Positions 1 through 9,834 of a stretch of 64,000 nucleotides of DNA are shown here, piece after piece. Origin of the DNA: a bacterium (lineage in GTDB: Bacteria > Electryoneota > Electryoneia > Electryoneales > Electryoneaceae); contig OY769902.1 of NCBI GenBank assembly GCA_963669175.1, positions 3,616,001-3,680,000 on the forward strand, in the 5' to 3' direction. Within the stretch, counting starts at the first letter, position 1, and every line of letters begins with the position of its first letter. Made by a program: the position numbers and the translations under genes. Under the pieces are notes generated by a model. That model made no database searches. It was given only the letters and a program-made list of their open reading frames with translations, and had not been told where the DNA came from.

Positions 1-204
1 GAGAATTCGGGCCAGATCCATGATCCCCAGCTCTCGCTCAGAAGCAGCCAGCAGCCTCATCAGTCCGAACCGTGACGACGGCATCCCTACTGTTCGGGAG
101 AATCCAGCCATCAACGCCCGGTTTGTCCGTACGATCGTCCTGAATAAATGCGGCTCATCACCATGATGATGAACCTGATCCAAAAGTGGTTTCTTCTTTT
201 CCAT
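1..204 (-). CDS. MarR-family transcriptional regulator, N-terminal part (runs off window start)
   Basis: Manual translation from ATG at 204: MEKKKPLLDQVHHHGDEPHLFRTIVRTNRALMAGFSRTVGMPSSRFGLMRLLAASERELGIMDLARIL. The pattern is typical of the start of a MarR wHTH domain. Confidence 0.65.
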   Translation of the reverse strand, partial: MEKKKPLLDQVHHHGDEPHLFRTIVRTNRALMAGFSRTVGMPSSRFGLMRLLAASERELGIMDLARIL

Positions 205-210
205 GACAGA

Positions 211-253
211 ATATAGATCACGTCATTGACTATGTCAATGATTTGGTCTATAT
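211..253. promoter_or_regulatory. Palindromic operator, probably the MarR autoregulation site
   Basis: ATATAGATCACGTCATTGAC-TAT-GTCAATGATTTGGTCTATAT is a near-perfect 20-bp inverted repeat directly upstream of the start codon. Confidence 0.6.
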
Positions 254-364
254 TTTTTGCTCCATGAGAGGTTATATCCCAAATTTCTTTTTAGGACACA
301 GCGATTGGTTATGGCTTTGGGAGGTGATATAACTTGAAGGACACGAAAAACAGGAAGCACAACC

Positions 365-453
365 GTGTGGCCCGGCGTGCTCGCACCCGGGCATTGCAAA
401 GCACGCTGGTGTGAGTATGACAACAGCCCGGGTGCAAGCACACCGGGCCACAC
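365..453. repeat. REP-like long inverted repeat
   Basis: GTGTGGCCCGGCGTGCTCGCACCCGGGC ... GCCCGGGTGCAAGCACACCGGGCCACAC. Confidence 0.6.
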
Positions 454-508
454 AAGATAGAAATTATCGGTTCCTCACTAGATTTTATGCATCCGCGAAA
501 TGTTGTGG

Positions 509-755
509 CAGGTCTTGACGCGACAGTCCATCTTCGATTTTAGGTATGTTTTCCTGAATGCACGATAGTACAGAAACCGCCTCTCAACAAATTTTCGTCG
601 CGTTGTGACCTGCCACTTGTATCAGAATTCTCGCAGTCGTCAGGTCACAACGTGATGCCTTATGACAAGCTATTATACGAAATAGTAGTTGTGAAGTCGT
701 ACAGGTGTTTGAAATTGCAGTAAAAAACAAGAAAAGGGCATCGCGTCAAGACCTG
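509..755. repeat. Nested REP-like inverted repeats (4 related CAGGTC-core units)
   Basis: CAGGTCTTGACGCGA (509-523) and TCGCGTCAAGACCTG (741-755) enclose CGTTGTGACCTG (601-612) and CAGGTCACAACG (641-652). Confidence 0.6.
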
Positions 756-831
756 ACGAAACGAGCGCCTCGATTGTTTGCACATATTTTTGTGAGCAGC
801 AAAATTATTTTCTTTCACTACTCGATTTTCA

Positions 832-1209
832 TTATTTCTCCGCTTTTTCAACTGTTTTCCCGGCTCCCTTTGGCCGAACACCCTTCAGATACGAAACAAA
901 GGCCAATACCGCTCTTTGTTCCTCCTCGCTCAACTCCTCATGCCGCAACGCGGCTTCGAGAAACGTCGGCTTCCCCCCTTCGCCCGATACTCCCGGCACG
1001 ATATAATCGGCCAGTTCCATCAGACGTTCGTACGGGGTATCCAGTACCTCCGCCAGACGTTTCAACACTCGTGGTGATGGACTCTGTACCATACCATTCT
1101 CCAGTTTCTGCAAGTACGCCGTGGAAATCTTCGCCGGTTCCGACACTGCCGCCAGGCTCAATCCACGCGCTGTACGAACCGCTTTTAACTCCTGCCCCAG
1201 CTTTTCCAT
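832..1209 (-). CDS. XRE-family helix-turn-helix transcriptional regulator
   Basis: LGQELKAVRTARGLSLAAVSEPAKISTAYLQKLENG...SPSPRVLKRLAEVL is a classic HTH_3 pattern. Confidence 0.9.
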   Translation of the reverse strand: MEKLGQELKAVRTARGLSLAAVSEPAKISTAYLQKLENGMVQSPSPRVLKRLAEVLDTPYERLMELADYIVPGVSGEGGKPTFLEAALRHEELSEEEQRAVLAFVSYLKGVRPKGAGKTVEKAEK

Positions 1210-1408
1210 GCTCCCTCGATATCCACTATAGTTACCACTAATTTACTATAGTGTACCACCCAAGTCAAGGATCACTACAATGGATTTTTCGTTTACCATG
1301 TTATTTCCTGTTGCTCTTTACCATTCCTGGCGTTAATTTTAAGTATCCTGCATCGACAAACGCATCCCCTGTTTCGTTTTGCCAATACCTGTGCTTTGGG
1401 GAACTTGT

Positions 1409-1849
1409 ATGCGTTCTATGCTGACCTGGCTTCTTTTGCTGTTCGTGCTGGCACTGTGCGGATGCGCTGAGAACAACGCTGTGAATACCAGTGAACCGAT
1501 GACATACCTGGTAACACTGGTCGATCCTCCCTGTTCACCCTTTACTGTGACCTTCACCAGGGACAATCCGCCCGACACCTTACGAATCCGTCTGCAGGTG
1601 TTTTGCGATGGTGAGCCTGCTGTTGGTCTGCCCTGGCGTACCCCGGAGATCGAGACTTCGCTGGATGGCTATGTGTTGACACCGATTATCCAGACTGATG
1701 CGGGAGGCTATGTTGACTTGGTTCTGTCTGACCTGGATTGGGGAAATTCTACAGGTGACCACTACGTGCAAGTGCCACTGTATTTCGAAGCGGAATACTG
1801 GGAAGCTGAGGTGGATACAGTGGAAGTGTACTATGTGCTGGAACAGTAA
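1409..1849 (+). CDS. Hypothetical lipoprotein (Ig-like fold possible)
   Basis: Hydrophobic signal peptide with lipobox LCGC, followed by a beta-rich acidic mature part. Confidence 0.65.
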   Translation: MRSMLTWLLLLFVLALCGCAENNAVNTSEPMTYLVTLVDPPCSPFTVTFTRDNPPDTLRIRLQVFCDGEPAVGLPWRTPEIETSLDGYVLTPIIQTDAGGYVDLVLSDLDWGNSTGDHYVQVPLYFEAEYWEAEVDTVEVYYVLEQ

Positions 1850-1852
1850 ACC

Positions 1853-2098
1853 GGAAAATCGGGACTGCTACTCTTTTCTGCCAGCGACATTTCCTAAACA
1901 CAAACCAATGTCTGGCTGCACTGATAAAGACTTGACTTCATAGTACAATAAAGCAGAAAAGGTAGCTGTCCCAGGATTTTCCGGTTAGTATCGATCTTCA
2001 CACGGGTGAAAAATCTGGTACAGTTACCTTTTCACCAATTTCTGATTTAAAATCCTGTGCTTATTTAAGATGAAAAGGTAACAGTCCCATTTTTCACC
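1853..2098. repeat. REP block 1 (two inverted pairs of ~25-bp units) flanking the RAYT
   Basis: Units GGAAAATCGGGACTGCTACTCTTTTC, GAAAAGGTAGCTGTCCCAGGATTTT, AAAATCTGGTACAGTTACCTTTTC and GAAAAGGTAACAGTCCCATTTTT. The same block recurs at 2846-3092 and inverted at 13133-13380. Confidence 0.85.
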
Positions 2099-2157
2099 CA
2101 ACTTTTCTTTCATCAACCAATAGCTACCAGAACAATTCTTTCTCAATCCATACATAT

Positions 2158-2820
2158 TCAAGATTTCGGCCGTCCTGGTCCTGATCTCGGGAATTTCTTG
2201 CCAATAACCAATTCCTGGTTGTTTATCCATTCTTCCGACGCGTAGGGTCTTCCACTTTCAGTTGCTCGTTTGAGTGCATCAAGTGTTTCTGTTTCTTGCT
2301 TCATATTGAGGATAGCAGGCCAATCCGCAATTGTTTCCTCATCCGGCCATTTTGCATCTGTCTCCAAAACATCCAATTTCCCGGACAAATGTTTTAAAGC
2401 GCTTGACCAAGGCCATTGATCAGGCGTTTTTACTAATCCGCATCGAACCGGATTATTCTCAACATAATTCGCAGCACGATATAAATGTACGGATTCCATA
2501 GCACAAGAGTAGAATCTTCCTTGCCACAGATGGCCAGAACGCGCGTCAAGTTCGTTTCTATAACGTGTATACATCATATTGGTTCTTGAAACAGTATTTG
2601 TAAGTGAGGTTTCTTCTGTAGGATATGCTATCAGATGAATATGATTCGGCATTATACAATAGCAATAAATTTGTAATTTATACCGGCTCGCATACTTTTT
2701 CAGGAAAGACAAATAAATCTGATAATCTTTAGTTTCGAAGAATATCTTTTGTCTATTGTTCCCTCGCTGAGTAACATGATATGGTACTTCAGGAATAATG
2801 ATTCGTCCAATCCTAGACAT
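2158..2820 (-). mobile_element. REP-associated tyrosine transposase (RAYT, IS200-like Y1 HUH)
   Basis: Motifs YHVTQRGNNRQKIF, YCIMPNHIHL (HUH), GHLWQGRFYS and YVENNPVRCGLV..PDQWPWSS; REP blocks on both sides. Confidence 0.9.
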
Positions 2821-2845
2821 AATATCCCTCCATTCTTGTTGTACA

Positions 2846-3092
2846 GGAAAATCGGGACTGCTACTCTTTTCTGCCAGAGATATTCACTGAACACATTGTC
2901 AATGTCTGACTGCACTAATGAATACTGGTTTTTATAGCTTAAAAAAGCAGAAAAGGTAGCTGTCCCAGGATTTTCTAGCTGATCTCACGCGAAGACCATG
3001 TGAAAAATCCGGGACAGTTACCTTTTCGACTATTACTGATTTGAAGTCCTGTATGTACTGATGATGAAAAGGTAACAGTCCCATTTTTCACC
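2846..3092. repeat. REP block 2 flanking the RAYT (direct copy of block 1)
   Basis: Same four units in the same order as 1853-2098. Confidence 0.85.
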
Positions 3093-3157
3093 ATACAGTC
3101 ACATTTTTCACGCAACTGCTTTTCTACCCAACTATCCTTTGCTCATATCAATAAATC

Positions 3158-3748
3158 TTACACCGCTTCTCTACCCTTCTTAAACGCGGCTACGTTCAGA
3201 TCGATCGTTTTCGGCGGTACCATCTTACGGATCATGTCCAGCCAAGCCTCTTCCGGGATATCCAAGCCGTTGGACATGGCGCCGAGCAGGATGGTATTGG
3301 TCAGGCGCGGGTTGCCGAGTTCCAGCGCGATCGCTTCCGCGTCGATGGTCACCAGACGGCCGGCGCAGATGCCTTTCGTCTGTTCCAGGGCGTCTGTCGG
3401 GTATTGTGGGGCTTTACGTCCCCCACCTGACGGCGGTTTGATCTGCTGGGTCGAGGCGATCATCAGGCCGCCTTCTTTGACCTCATGCGCCCAACGCAGG
3501 GCTTCAGCCGCTTCGAAGGCCAGCAGAACATCGGTCTGGCCGGAGGCGATCAACGGGCTGTTGACTTTGGTTCCGAAACGGACGTGGCTGGAAACCACAC
3601 CGCCACGCTGGCTCATGCCGTGAATCTCGGACTTCTTCACATCGTATCCGGCTTCGGTGGCGACGGCACACATGATGTTGGACGCCAGCACGACGCCCTG
3701 ACCACCGACACCCACGATCAGCACATTATACATGGTATCGTTGCTCAT
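3158..3748 (-). CDS. iorB: Indolepyruvate:ferredoxin oxidoreductase beta subunit
   Basis: GVGGQGVVLAS and SEIHGMSQRGGVVSSHVR motifs; overlaps the iorA stop. Confidence 0.92.
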   Translation of the reverse strand: MSNDTMYNVLIVGVGGQGVVLASNIMCAVATEAGYDVKKSEIHGMSQRGGVVSSHVRFGTKVNSPLIASGQTDVLLAFEAAEALRWAHEVKEGGLMIASTQQIKPPSGGGRKAPQYPTDALEQTKGICAGRLVTIDAEAIALELGNPRLTNTILLGAMSNGLDIPEEAWLDMIRKMVPPKTIDLNVAAFKKGREAV

Positions 3749-5535
3749 GCTGTCACCTCCTCGTTCATCGGGTGAATCGCATCCACCGGGCAGACCTGCG
3801 AACACAGGGTACAACCGGTACAGGCGGACGGATCAATGGCCGCGATTGCCAGGCCCTTTTTCGTCTTGTTACCACTGTCGATAATGGCAGGGCAACCGAT
3901 CTTCAGGCACTTGCCGCAGCCGTTACAATCTTCGTTGACCACGTAAGCGTTCGGACGGATTTTCTTCGGGAACAATGCGCAGGCACGGCGAGCAATCACA
4001 ACTGCCGGGCCTTCGAAATCAATCGCCGACTTGAGTTGCTCAACGGCCTTTTCATAGTCATAAGTGTCCAGCACTTCGAGCTTTTCAACCCCGATCCCCT
4101 TACAAACCTTGATCAGGTCGGCCGCGGGAACGGTATTGCCCATCAGGTCGATCCCGGTTTGTGGGTTGACCTGACCGCCGGTCATGGCGGTAATGCTGTT
4201 GTCTACGATGACTACGGTCGCGTTGGCGTTGGTTGTCACCAGGTCCAGCAAGCCGGTAATGCCGCTATGCATGAAGGTGCCGTCACCGATAACCGCTACG
4301 GCCGGATTCTTCTGCTCCTCCTGGTTCAACGAAGCGCCTACCGCGTTGCCGATACTCGCGCCCATACAGAAACAGGTATGGACCGTTTCCAGCGGCGGTA
4401 AAGCTGCGAGGGTATAACAGCCGATATCGCCGAATACGTCCGCGTTGACTTTCTTGAGCGCCATGTAAATGCCACGGTGCGGGCAACCGGCACAAAGGAC
4501 CGGCGGACGTGGGATCGAAGGTGTGCCCTGCTTGACAACCGGCGCCTTGTCCAGGATTCCGGCTTCGAACAGGCCCTGCGCTACCTTGTCCAGGTTCAGT
4601 TCGCCTTCACGCGGGAAATACTTCTTGCCTTCCACCTGCAGGCCAATGATCTTCGCCTCATCCTCGAGGAAGGGTTCCAGCTCTTCTACTACCAGCACAC
4701 GTTCGCAGTACTCGGCCAGCTTGTGTGCTTTTTCTGCCGGGAACGGCCAGACAAGGCCAATCTTCAGGAAACTGGCGTCGGGCAACAGTTCCTTTACATA
4801 CTGATAGGCAACACCGCTGGTGATAATACCGATTTTCTTGTCCTTGAGATCAAGGATGTTGCCTTCCCATTCATCGCTGAACTTCGCCATATCCAGCGCG
4901 CGCTGTTCAGCGAATGTGTGACGTGGACGGGCAAAATTCGGCATCATGACGAAACGGCTGATCTCACGTTCAAAGGTCTTTCCCTTGACCGGTTCAGCCC
5001 ATTCACCGAGTTCCACCAACCCTTGCGCGTGTGCGATGCGTGTCGTTTCACGCAACATCACCGGCGTATTGAACTTCTCCGAAATTTCGAAGGCCAGTTT
5101 CGTATAGTCGTGAGCATCCTGGCTGTCGCTGGGATCGAACACCGGCATCTTGGCGAACTTGCCGATAATGCGGTTATCCTGTTCGTTCTGGCTGGAGTGC
5201 ATGTCCGGGTCGTCCGCGCTGACCAGGACAAAGCCGCCGCGCACACCGCTGTAGGTGAAGGTCATCAACGGATCCATGGCCACGTTGACACCGACATGCT
5301 TCATGGTTACCAGCGTACGACTACCGGCAACAGAAGCGCCAATGCCTACTTCAACCGCGACTTTTTCGTTGGGTGACCACTTGGCATAAATCCCCGGGAA
5401 TTTAACGAAAGCATCGAGGATCTCGCTGGATGGGGTGCCCGGATAGCCAACGCCGAAATAGCAGCCGGCTTCACGGGCGCCATGCGCGATCGCATCGTTG
5501 CCGAACATCAGCACCTTGTTCTTGTTGTCACTCAT
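3745..5535 (-). CDS. iorA: Indolepyruvate:ferredoxin oxidoreductase alpha subunit
   Basis: GYPGTPSSEI, NEKVAVE, LCAGCPHR, GDIGCYTL, TPP motif GDGTFMHSG and a C-terminal 2x[4Fe-4S] domain. Confidence 0.95.
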   Translation of the reverse strand: MSDNKNKVLMFGNDAIAHGAREAGCYFGVGYPGTPSSEILDAFVKFPGIYAKWSPNEKVAVEVGIGASVAGSRTLVTMKHVGVNVAMDPLMTFTYSGVRGGFVLVSADDPDMHSSQNEQDNRIIGKFAKMPVFDPSDSQDAHDYTKLAFEISEKFNTPVMLRETTRIAHAQGLVELGEWAEPVKGKTFEREISRFVMMPNFARPRHTFAEQRALDMAKFSDEWEGNILDLKDKKIGIITSGVAYQYVKELLPDASFLKIGLVWPFPAEKAHKLAEYCERVLVVEELEPFLEDEAKIIGLQVEGKKYFPREGELNLDKVAQGLFEAGILDKAPVVKQGTPSIPRPPVLCAGCPHRGIYMALKKVNADVFGDIGCYTLAALPPLETVHTCFCMGASIGNAVGASLNQEEQKNPAVAVIGDGTFMHSGITGLLDLVTTNANATVVIVDNSITAMTGGQVNPQTGIDLMGNTVPAADLIKVCKGIGVEKLEVLDTYDYEKAVEQLKSAIDFEGPAVVIARRACALFPKKIRPNAYVVNEDCNGCGKCLKIGCPAIIDSGNKTKKGLAIAAIDPSACTGCTLCSQVCPVDAIHPMNEEVTA

Positions 5536-6599
5536 CCCTTACTCCCGTATTGCTTGGCTTCTTCTTCTCCACGAAGTACCCTCAACGCACCCTGCGCCAT
5601 TGAGAGCATCTCTTCTTCCCCGGGATAGTAGAACATCCGTCCCAGGAAACTGACATATTTCGTAATCTCATCGTACAATCGTTTTGAAAACATCATGCCG
5701 CCGGTCATCAGGATACCGTCCAGCCCACCGTGCAATACTGCAGCCATGGCGCCGATTTCCTTGGCGACCTGGTAGGCCAGAGCTTCCCACACAAGCAACG
5801 CCTGTTCATTGCCATCATCAATCATCTTTTCTACTTCGACCAGGTTGGCCGTGCCGAAATAGCCGACAAATCCACTTTCACGCGCCAGGATCCGCCGTGC
5901 ATCATCGTAGCCCTTTTCCTTACAAAGCTTCAGAACACCCTTCAGCGGAAGCGCGCCAGCACGTTCCGGCCCGAACGGTCCCATACCGAGCTGGGCATCG
6001 TTGACATCGGCAATACGTCCACCATCCAGCGCCGCTACCGATATCCCGCTTCCCATATGGCAGACCACAAACCTGGTGTCCGGAATCGGCTTGTCCAACT
6101 CTTTTGCAGCACGTCGGACAATCGCCTTGATGTTCAACGCATGCGAACGACACAAGCGTTCGATTCCGACAGCGCCGCTGATACGCGGAATCGGACCGAA
6201 TTCATCCGTGGTCACCGGATCAACAATGATGGCGGGAATCCCCAGGGCATCGGCGAAACGCTTGGCAAGCATCGGCCCCAGGTTGCTGGCATGTTCGCCA
6301 TGACGCGCGTTGCTAACATCGTCCAGCAATTCGTCGTCGATAGTATAGACGCCACCGGCGATGGGACGAACCAGGCCGCCACGGCCTATGACAATCTTCC
6401 AGCCATCACGAAATTCGTCGGGAATTGCAGCCTTAATTTGTTCGTAACGGAAATCCAGTTGCGCTGCAACCGTAGGATACTGCTTCAACTGCTGTACGTC
6501 GTGAGTCGTATTCTCTTTCCAGAGTTCCCGTTCTCCATCGAATACTGCAACCTTCGTGGAGGTGGAGCCGGGATTGATTACAAACACGCCCTCTTTCAC
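5532..6599 (-). CDS. buk: Butyrate (branched-chain acyl) kinase
   Basis: INPGSTSTKVA, GRGGL, HASNLG, HALNIKA, HMGSGISV and PGEEEM motifs. Confidence 0.93.
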   Translation of the reverse strand: MKEGVFVINPGSTSTKVAVFDGERELWKENTTHDVQQLKQYPTVAAQLDFRYEQIKAAIPDEFRDGWKIVIGRGGLVRPIAGGVYTIDDELLDDVSNARHGEHASNLGPMLAKRFADALGIPAIIVDPVTTDEFGPIPRISGAVGIERLCRSHALNIKAIVRRAAKELDKPIPDTRFVVCHMGSGISVAALDGGRIADVNDAQLGMGPFGPERAGALPLKGVLKLCKEKGYDDARRILARESGFVGYFGTANLVEVEKMIDDGNEQALLVWEALAYQVAKEIGAMAAVLHGGLDGILMTGGMMFSKRLYDEITKYVSFLGRMFYYPGEEEMLSMAQGALRVLRGEEEAKQYGSKG

Positions 6600-6982
6600 G
6601 GCAAGCTCCTTCTTTCAGTGCAGAGTTTTTGAGGTTTCACAAGATAGGGTAAGAGTGACAAGAAGGCAAAAGCCTGAAACGGACATCACTTACGCCTAAC
6701 CTATTCTATTTCAACAGGTAAGAAAAAGTTGATGCTCCCAGTTTGTGCATTTTTATCACATGCAAAGATGCTCTCCCAACTCATTTAATAAGGTTAGAGG
6801 CACCAAATAAAAAGTTGAGAAATCGCTGTTCATTTTTAACATTCCATTTGTGCGGTATCAGCGACTATTCTATAGAGACGGAAAATGCTGTTACTGGCAG
6901 CACATTGAACCAGCAACTTGCATAAAGAATCGCTCAAACGTACTTTCTCCGGCAAACCTGATCCCACGGAGGAACTCTGTCG

Positions 6983-8710
6983 ATGGAAACGCGCATTTCC
7001 CACTTGGTACGTATTGCACTCGTCCTGTCCCTGCTGGCAGTCAGTTGTTTTTCCGCTTTTGCAGCAGCGCCTCCACCCGCCTGGAGTAAAAAAGGCATGG
7101 TTTCCAGCGCTGATCCCCTGGCGACAGAAGCCGGCGCAAAGGTGTTGGAAGAAGGTGGTAATGCGATTGATGCAGCTCTTGCCACAGCCTACATGCTGAA
7201 CGTGGTTGAAGGCTACAGCGCGGGTATCGGCGGTGGTGAGTTCTGGGTGATCTACGACGCCAAAACCGGCAAAGTGACGACCATCGACGGACGCGAAGTC
7301 GCACCGGCGGCAGCCACGCGTGACATGTATGTCGATTCCACCGGCGCGGTTATTCCCGGGCTGTCCACGACGGGTATTCTGGCGGGGGGTGTGCCGGGAT
7401 CTGTAGCAGCACGCGAGTACGCCTTTGAGAAGTTCGCTACCATGAGCCGCAAACGTCTGATGAAACCGGCGATCGAAACCGCGGAAGACGGTTTTGTTGT
7501 CACTCCCGGCCAGGCGGCCTATTTCGCTTACCTTGCCCCCAAACTGGGCATGTTTGAGACCACAAAGGCGATCATGTTCAAGAATGACAGTACGACCTGG
7601 GGAGCGGGCGACAAACTGGTACAGAAAGATCTGGCGGAAACCTTTAAGCGAATCGCCAAGAATGGCCGAAGCGAGTTCTACACCGGTGAAACAGCGCAGG
7701 AAATCGCACGCTACATGGCGGCGAACGGCGGCCTGATTACGACCGAAGACCTGGCCAACTTTGAGATCACCATTCGTGAACCTGTGCATGGCACCTATCA
7801 CGAATACGATATCTATTCCATGGCCCCCCCCTCCTCCGGTGGCGTTCACCTGATCCAGATTCTGAACATCCTGGAAGATTGGGATTTGTCCCAGTTCGGA
7901 CGCAATTCCGCGCGTTATTACCACCACCTGGGCGAAGCAATGGAAGCGGCATTTGCGGATCGTGCCGAATATCTCGGTGATCCTGAATTTATTGATATTC
8001 CCGTGGAAGGTCTGATCAGTAAGGATTACGCTGCTTACCTGCGTTCCCAGATACCGGACCTGTGGAGCGATCGTTTTGAAGGCCCGGGTAATCCGGCCAT
8101 GTTTGAGAACTACCATGAGAGCGAACATACCACTCACCTGTCCGTGATCGATCAGTGGGGCAACATGGTCGCACTGACGGCAACGATCAACACGGGCTAC
8201 GGTAGCGGTGTTGTGCTTGGCAATACTGGCATCTTCCTGAACAATGAGATGGATGACTTCGCCGTCGCACCGGGTCAGCCAAACTTCTTCGGCCTTGTCG
8301 GTAAAGAAGCCAACTCGGTAGCGCCGGGTAAACGTCCCCTTTCCAGCATGACTCCGACAATCGTCCTGAAAGACGGAAAGCCCTTCATGGCGGTCGGCGC
8401 GGCAGGCGGACCGAAGATTATCACCGGCACCCTGCAAACCTTCCTGAATGTGGTCGATTTCGAGCTGGATGTACAGGAAGCCGTTTCAGCCCCACGTATT
8501 CACAACCAGTGGATTCCGGACGAGCTCTGGGTAGACTGGGACATCAGCCCGGATTGTGCGGCCGAGTTGTTTCGTATGGGTCATAAGGTCGTCCGCAAGT
8601 GGGTCAGCAGTGGTGTGCATGCGGTGATGATCGACCAGGAAACCGGCATCTACTACGGTGGCGCAGACCCACGCTCGGGCGGCAGCGCACAAGGACCGGG
8701 AGTGAAATAG
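6983..8710 (+). CDS. ggt: Gamma-glutamyltransferase
   Basis: Signal peptide; GGNAIDAA, IDGRE, TTHLSVID (catalytic Thr), NNEMDDF, PGKRPLSSMTPT and GADPR. Confidence 0.95.
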   Translation: METRISHLVRIALVLSLLAVSCFSAFAAAPPPAWSKKGMVSSADPLATEAGAKVLEEGGNAIDAALATAYMLNVVEGYSAGIGGGEFWVIYDAKTGKVTTIDGREVAPAAATRDMYVDSTGAVIPGLSTTGILAGGVPGSVAAREYAFEKFATMSRKRLMKPAIETAEDGFVVTPGQAAYFAYLAPKLGMFETTKAIMFKNDSTTWGAGDKLVQKDLAETFKRIAKNGRSEFYTGETAQEIARYMAANGGLITTEDLANFEITIREPVHGTYHEYDIYSMAPPSSGGVHLIQILNILEDWDLSQFGRNSARYYHHLGEAMEAAFADRAEYLGDPEFIDIPVEGLISKDYAAYLRSQIPDLWSDRFEGPGNPAMFENYHESEHTTHLSVIDQWGNMVALTATINTGYGSGVVLGNTGIFLNNEMDDFAVAPGQPNFFGLVGKEANSVAPGKRPLSSMTPTIVLKDGKPFMAVGAAGGPKIITGTLQTFLNVVDFELDVQEAVSAPRIHNQWIPDELWVDWDISPDCAAELFRMGHKVVRKWVSSGVHAVMIDQETGIYYGGADPRSGGSAQGPGVK

Positions 8711-8735
8711 AATTAGGAATTAGGAATTAGGAATT
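8711..8735 (+). repeat. Heptamer tandem repeat (AATTAGG)3.5
   Basis: AATTAGGAATTAGGAATTAGGAATT immediately after the ggt stop. Confidence 0.7.
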
Positions 8736-8883
8736 GATCTGCTTGTCCAATTCAAATATGGCAAGTAGATTTTCACGAAGAACTACAATGATGGTTTATA
8801 TGGTTTAATAACTTATTTCTCCCCGTTCAGGTATGACCGGGCAAGTTTCTTTGCTTTTTTCACTTTTTTCACTTGAGAGAACA

Positions 8884-9486
8884 ATGATTGACCGTATAGA
8901 AGGCGACATTCTTTCCATCGAACCCACTCACGCTGTAGTCAGCGTGGGTGGTGTCGGTTTTTTTCTCCATATCACGCTGAACACTTATGAAGCGGTTGGT
9001 CGTGCGAAACGATTCTGCTTCATGACCTATCTGCATGTACGTGAAGACGCCCTCATCCTCTTCGGCTTCTCCACAAAAGCGGAACGTGAAGCTTTTCTTC
9101 GACTGATCAGTGTCAGTGGTGTCGGTCCCAAGGTCGGTCAGGCAATCCTCTCCTCTCTATCAGTCAGGACTCTTCAGGACGCTGTCCGTGCTGGTGACTG
9201 GAAACGGTTAACCGCTGCTCCGGGGGTTGGGCGCAAACTGGCCGAACGTATGGTCATTGAACTGAGAAATGTTTTCGGAAAAGCCGATGATTCAGCTCTC
9301 GAGGGGTCAGAGGCAGGTGATAGCGGTTATTCTGGCGGCTCCGGGGCGATTTATGATGCCGTGCAAGGAATGATCGCCCTGGGCTTCAACCCGGCTCAAG
9401 CTGAGAAAGCTGTCGGGAAAGCAGCTAAAAAGGTCGGCGAAGATGGAAATGTAGAAGACTTAATACGTTTGGCTTTGAAATCATAA
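8884..9486 (+). CDS. ruvA: Holliday junction branch migration protein RuvA
   Basis: VGGVGF, HVREDALILFGF, HhH motifs VSGVGPK and PGVGRKLAER. Confidence 0.95.
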   Translation: MIDRIEGDILSIEPTHAVVSVGGVGFFLHITLNTYEAVGRAKRFCFMTYLHVREDALILFGFSTKAEREAFLRLISVSGVGPKVGQAILSSLSVRTLQDAVRAGDWKRLTAAPGVGRKLAERMVIELRNVFGKADDSALEGSEAGDSGYSGGSGAIYDAVQGMIALGFNPAQAEKAVGKAAKKVGEDGNVEDLIRLALKS

Positions 9487-9834
9487 GGGAATACTGGCCA
9501 TCGCTTATTTATCTAATACTTTCCCAATACAGACAGAACATATCTCCAACCATTTCCTCCAACTATCATTTCCTGTTTCTGGTATACTGAGAGCATATGC
9601 CTGGTATCAGTAAAATTCAGAATTACAACCTATCCTGTTAACAATAAAATATATACGATCCTTATAAGCGATACACCCCAACACTTTTTTGTAGATTCCC
9701 AACTCCGATTTGATTGTGAGTATTCCTTAAACAAATTCTAACCTTGCAGACACTCTACCATCTCACTTTCCCGGCTGACAAAGTCCCTGCAAAGGCAGGG
9801 AAAACTATGTTCAAGAAAAAACGTGGAGAGTACC

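Noticed and set aside
6894-6909. Possible sigma54 promoter TGGCAGCACATTGAA upstream of ggt
   Set aside because: The -24/-12 spacing is off by one and there is no GC at -12.
6836-8437. 533-aa ORF antisense to ggt (likewise 9868-11703, 4477-5376, 5730-6632, 41783-42691)
   Set aside because: These are shadow ORFs on the opposite strand of well-supported genes.
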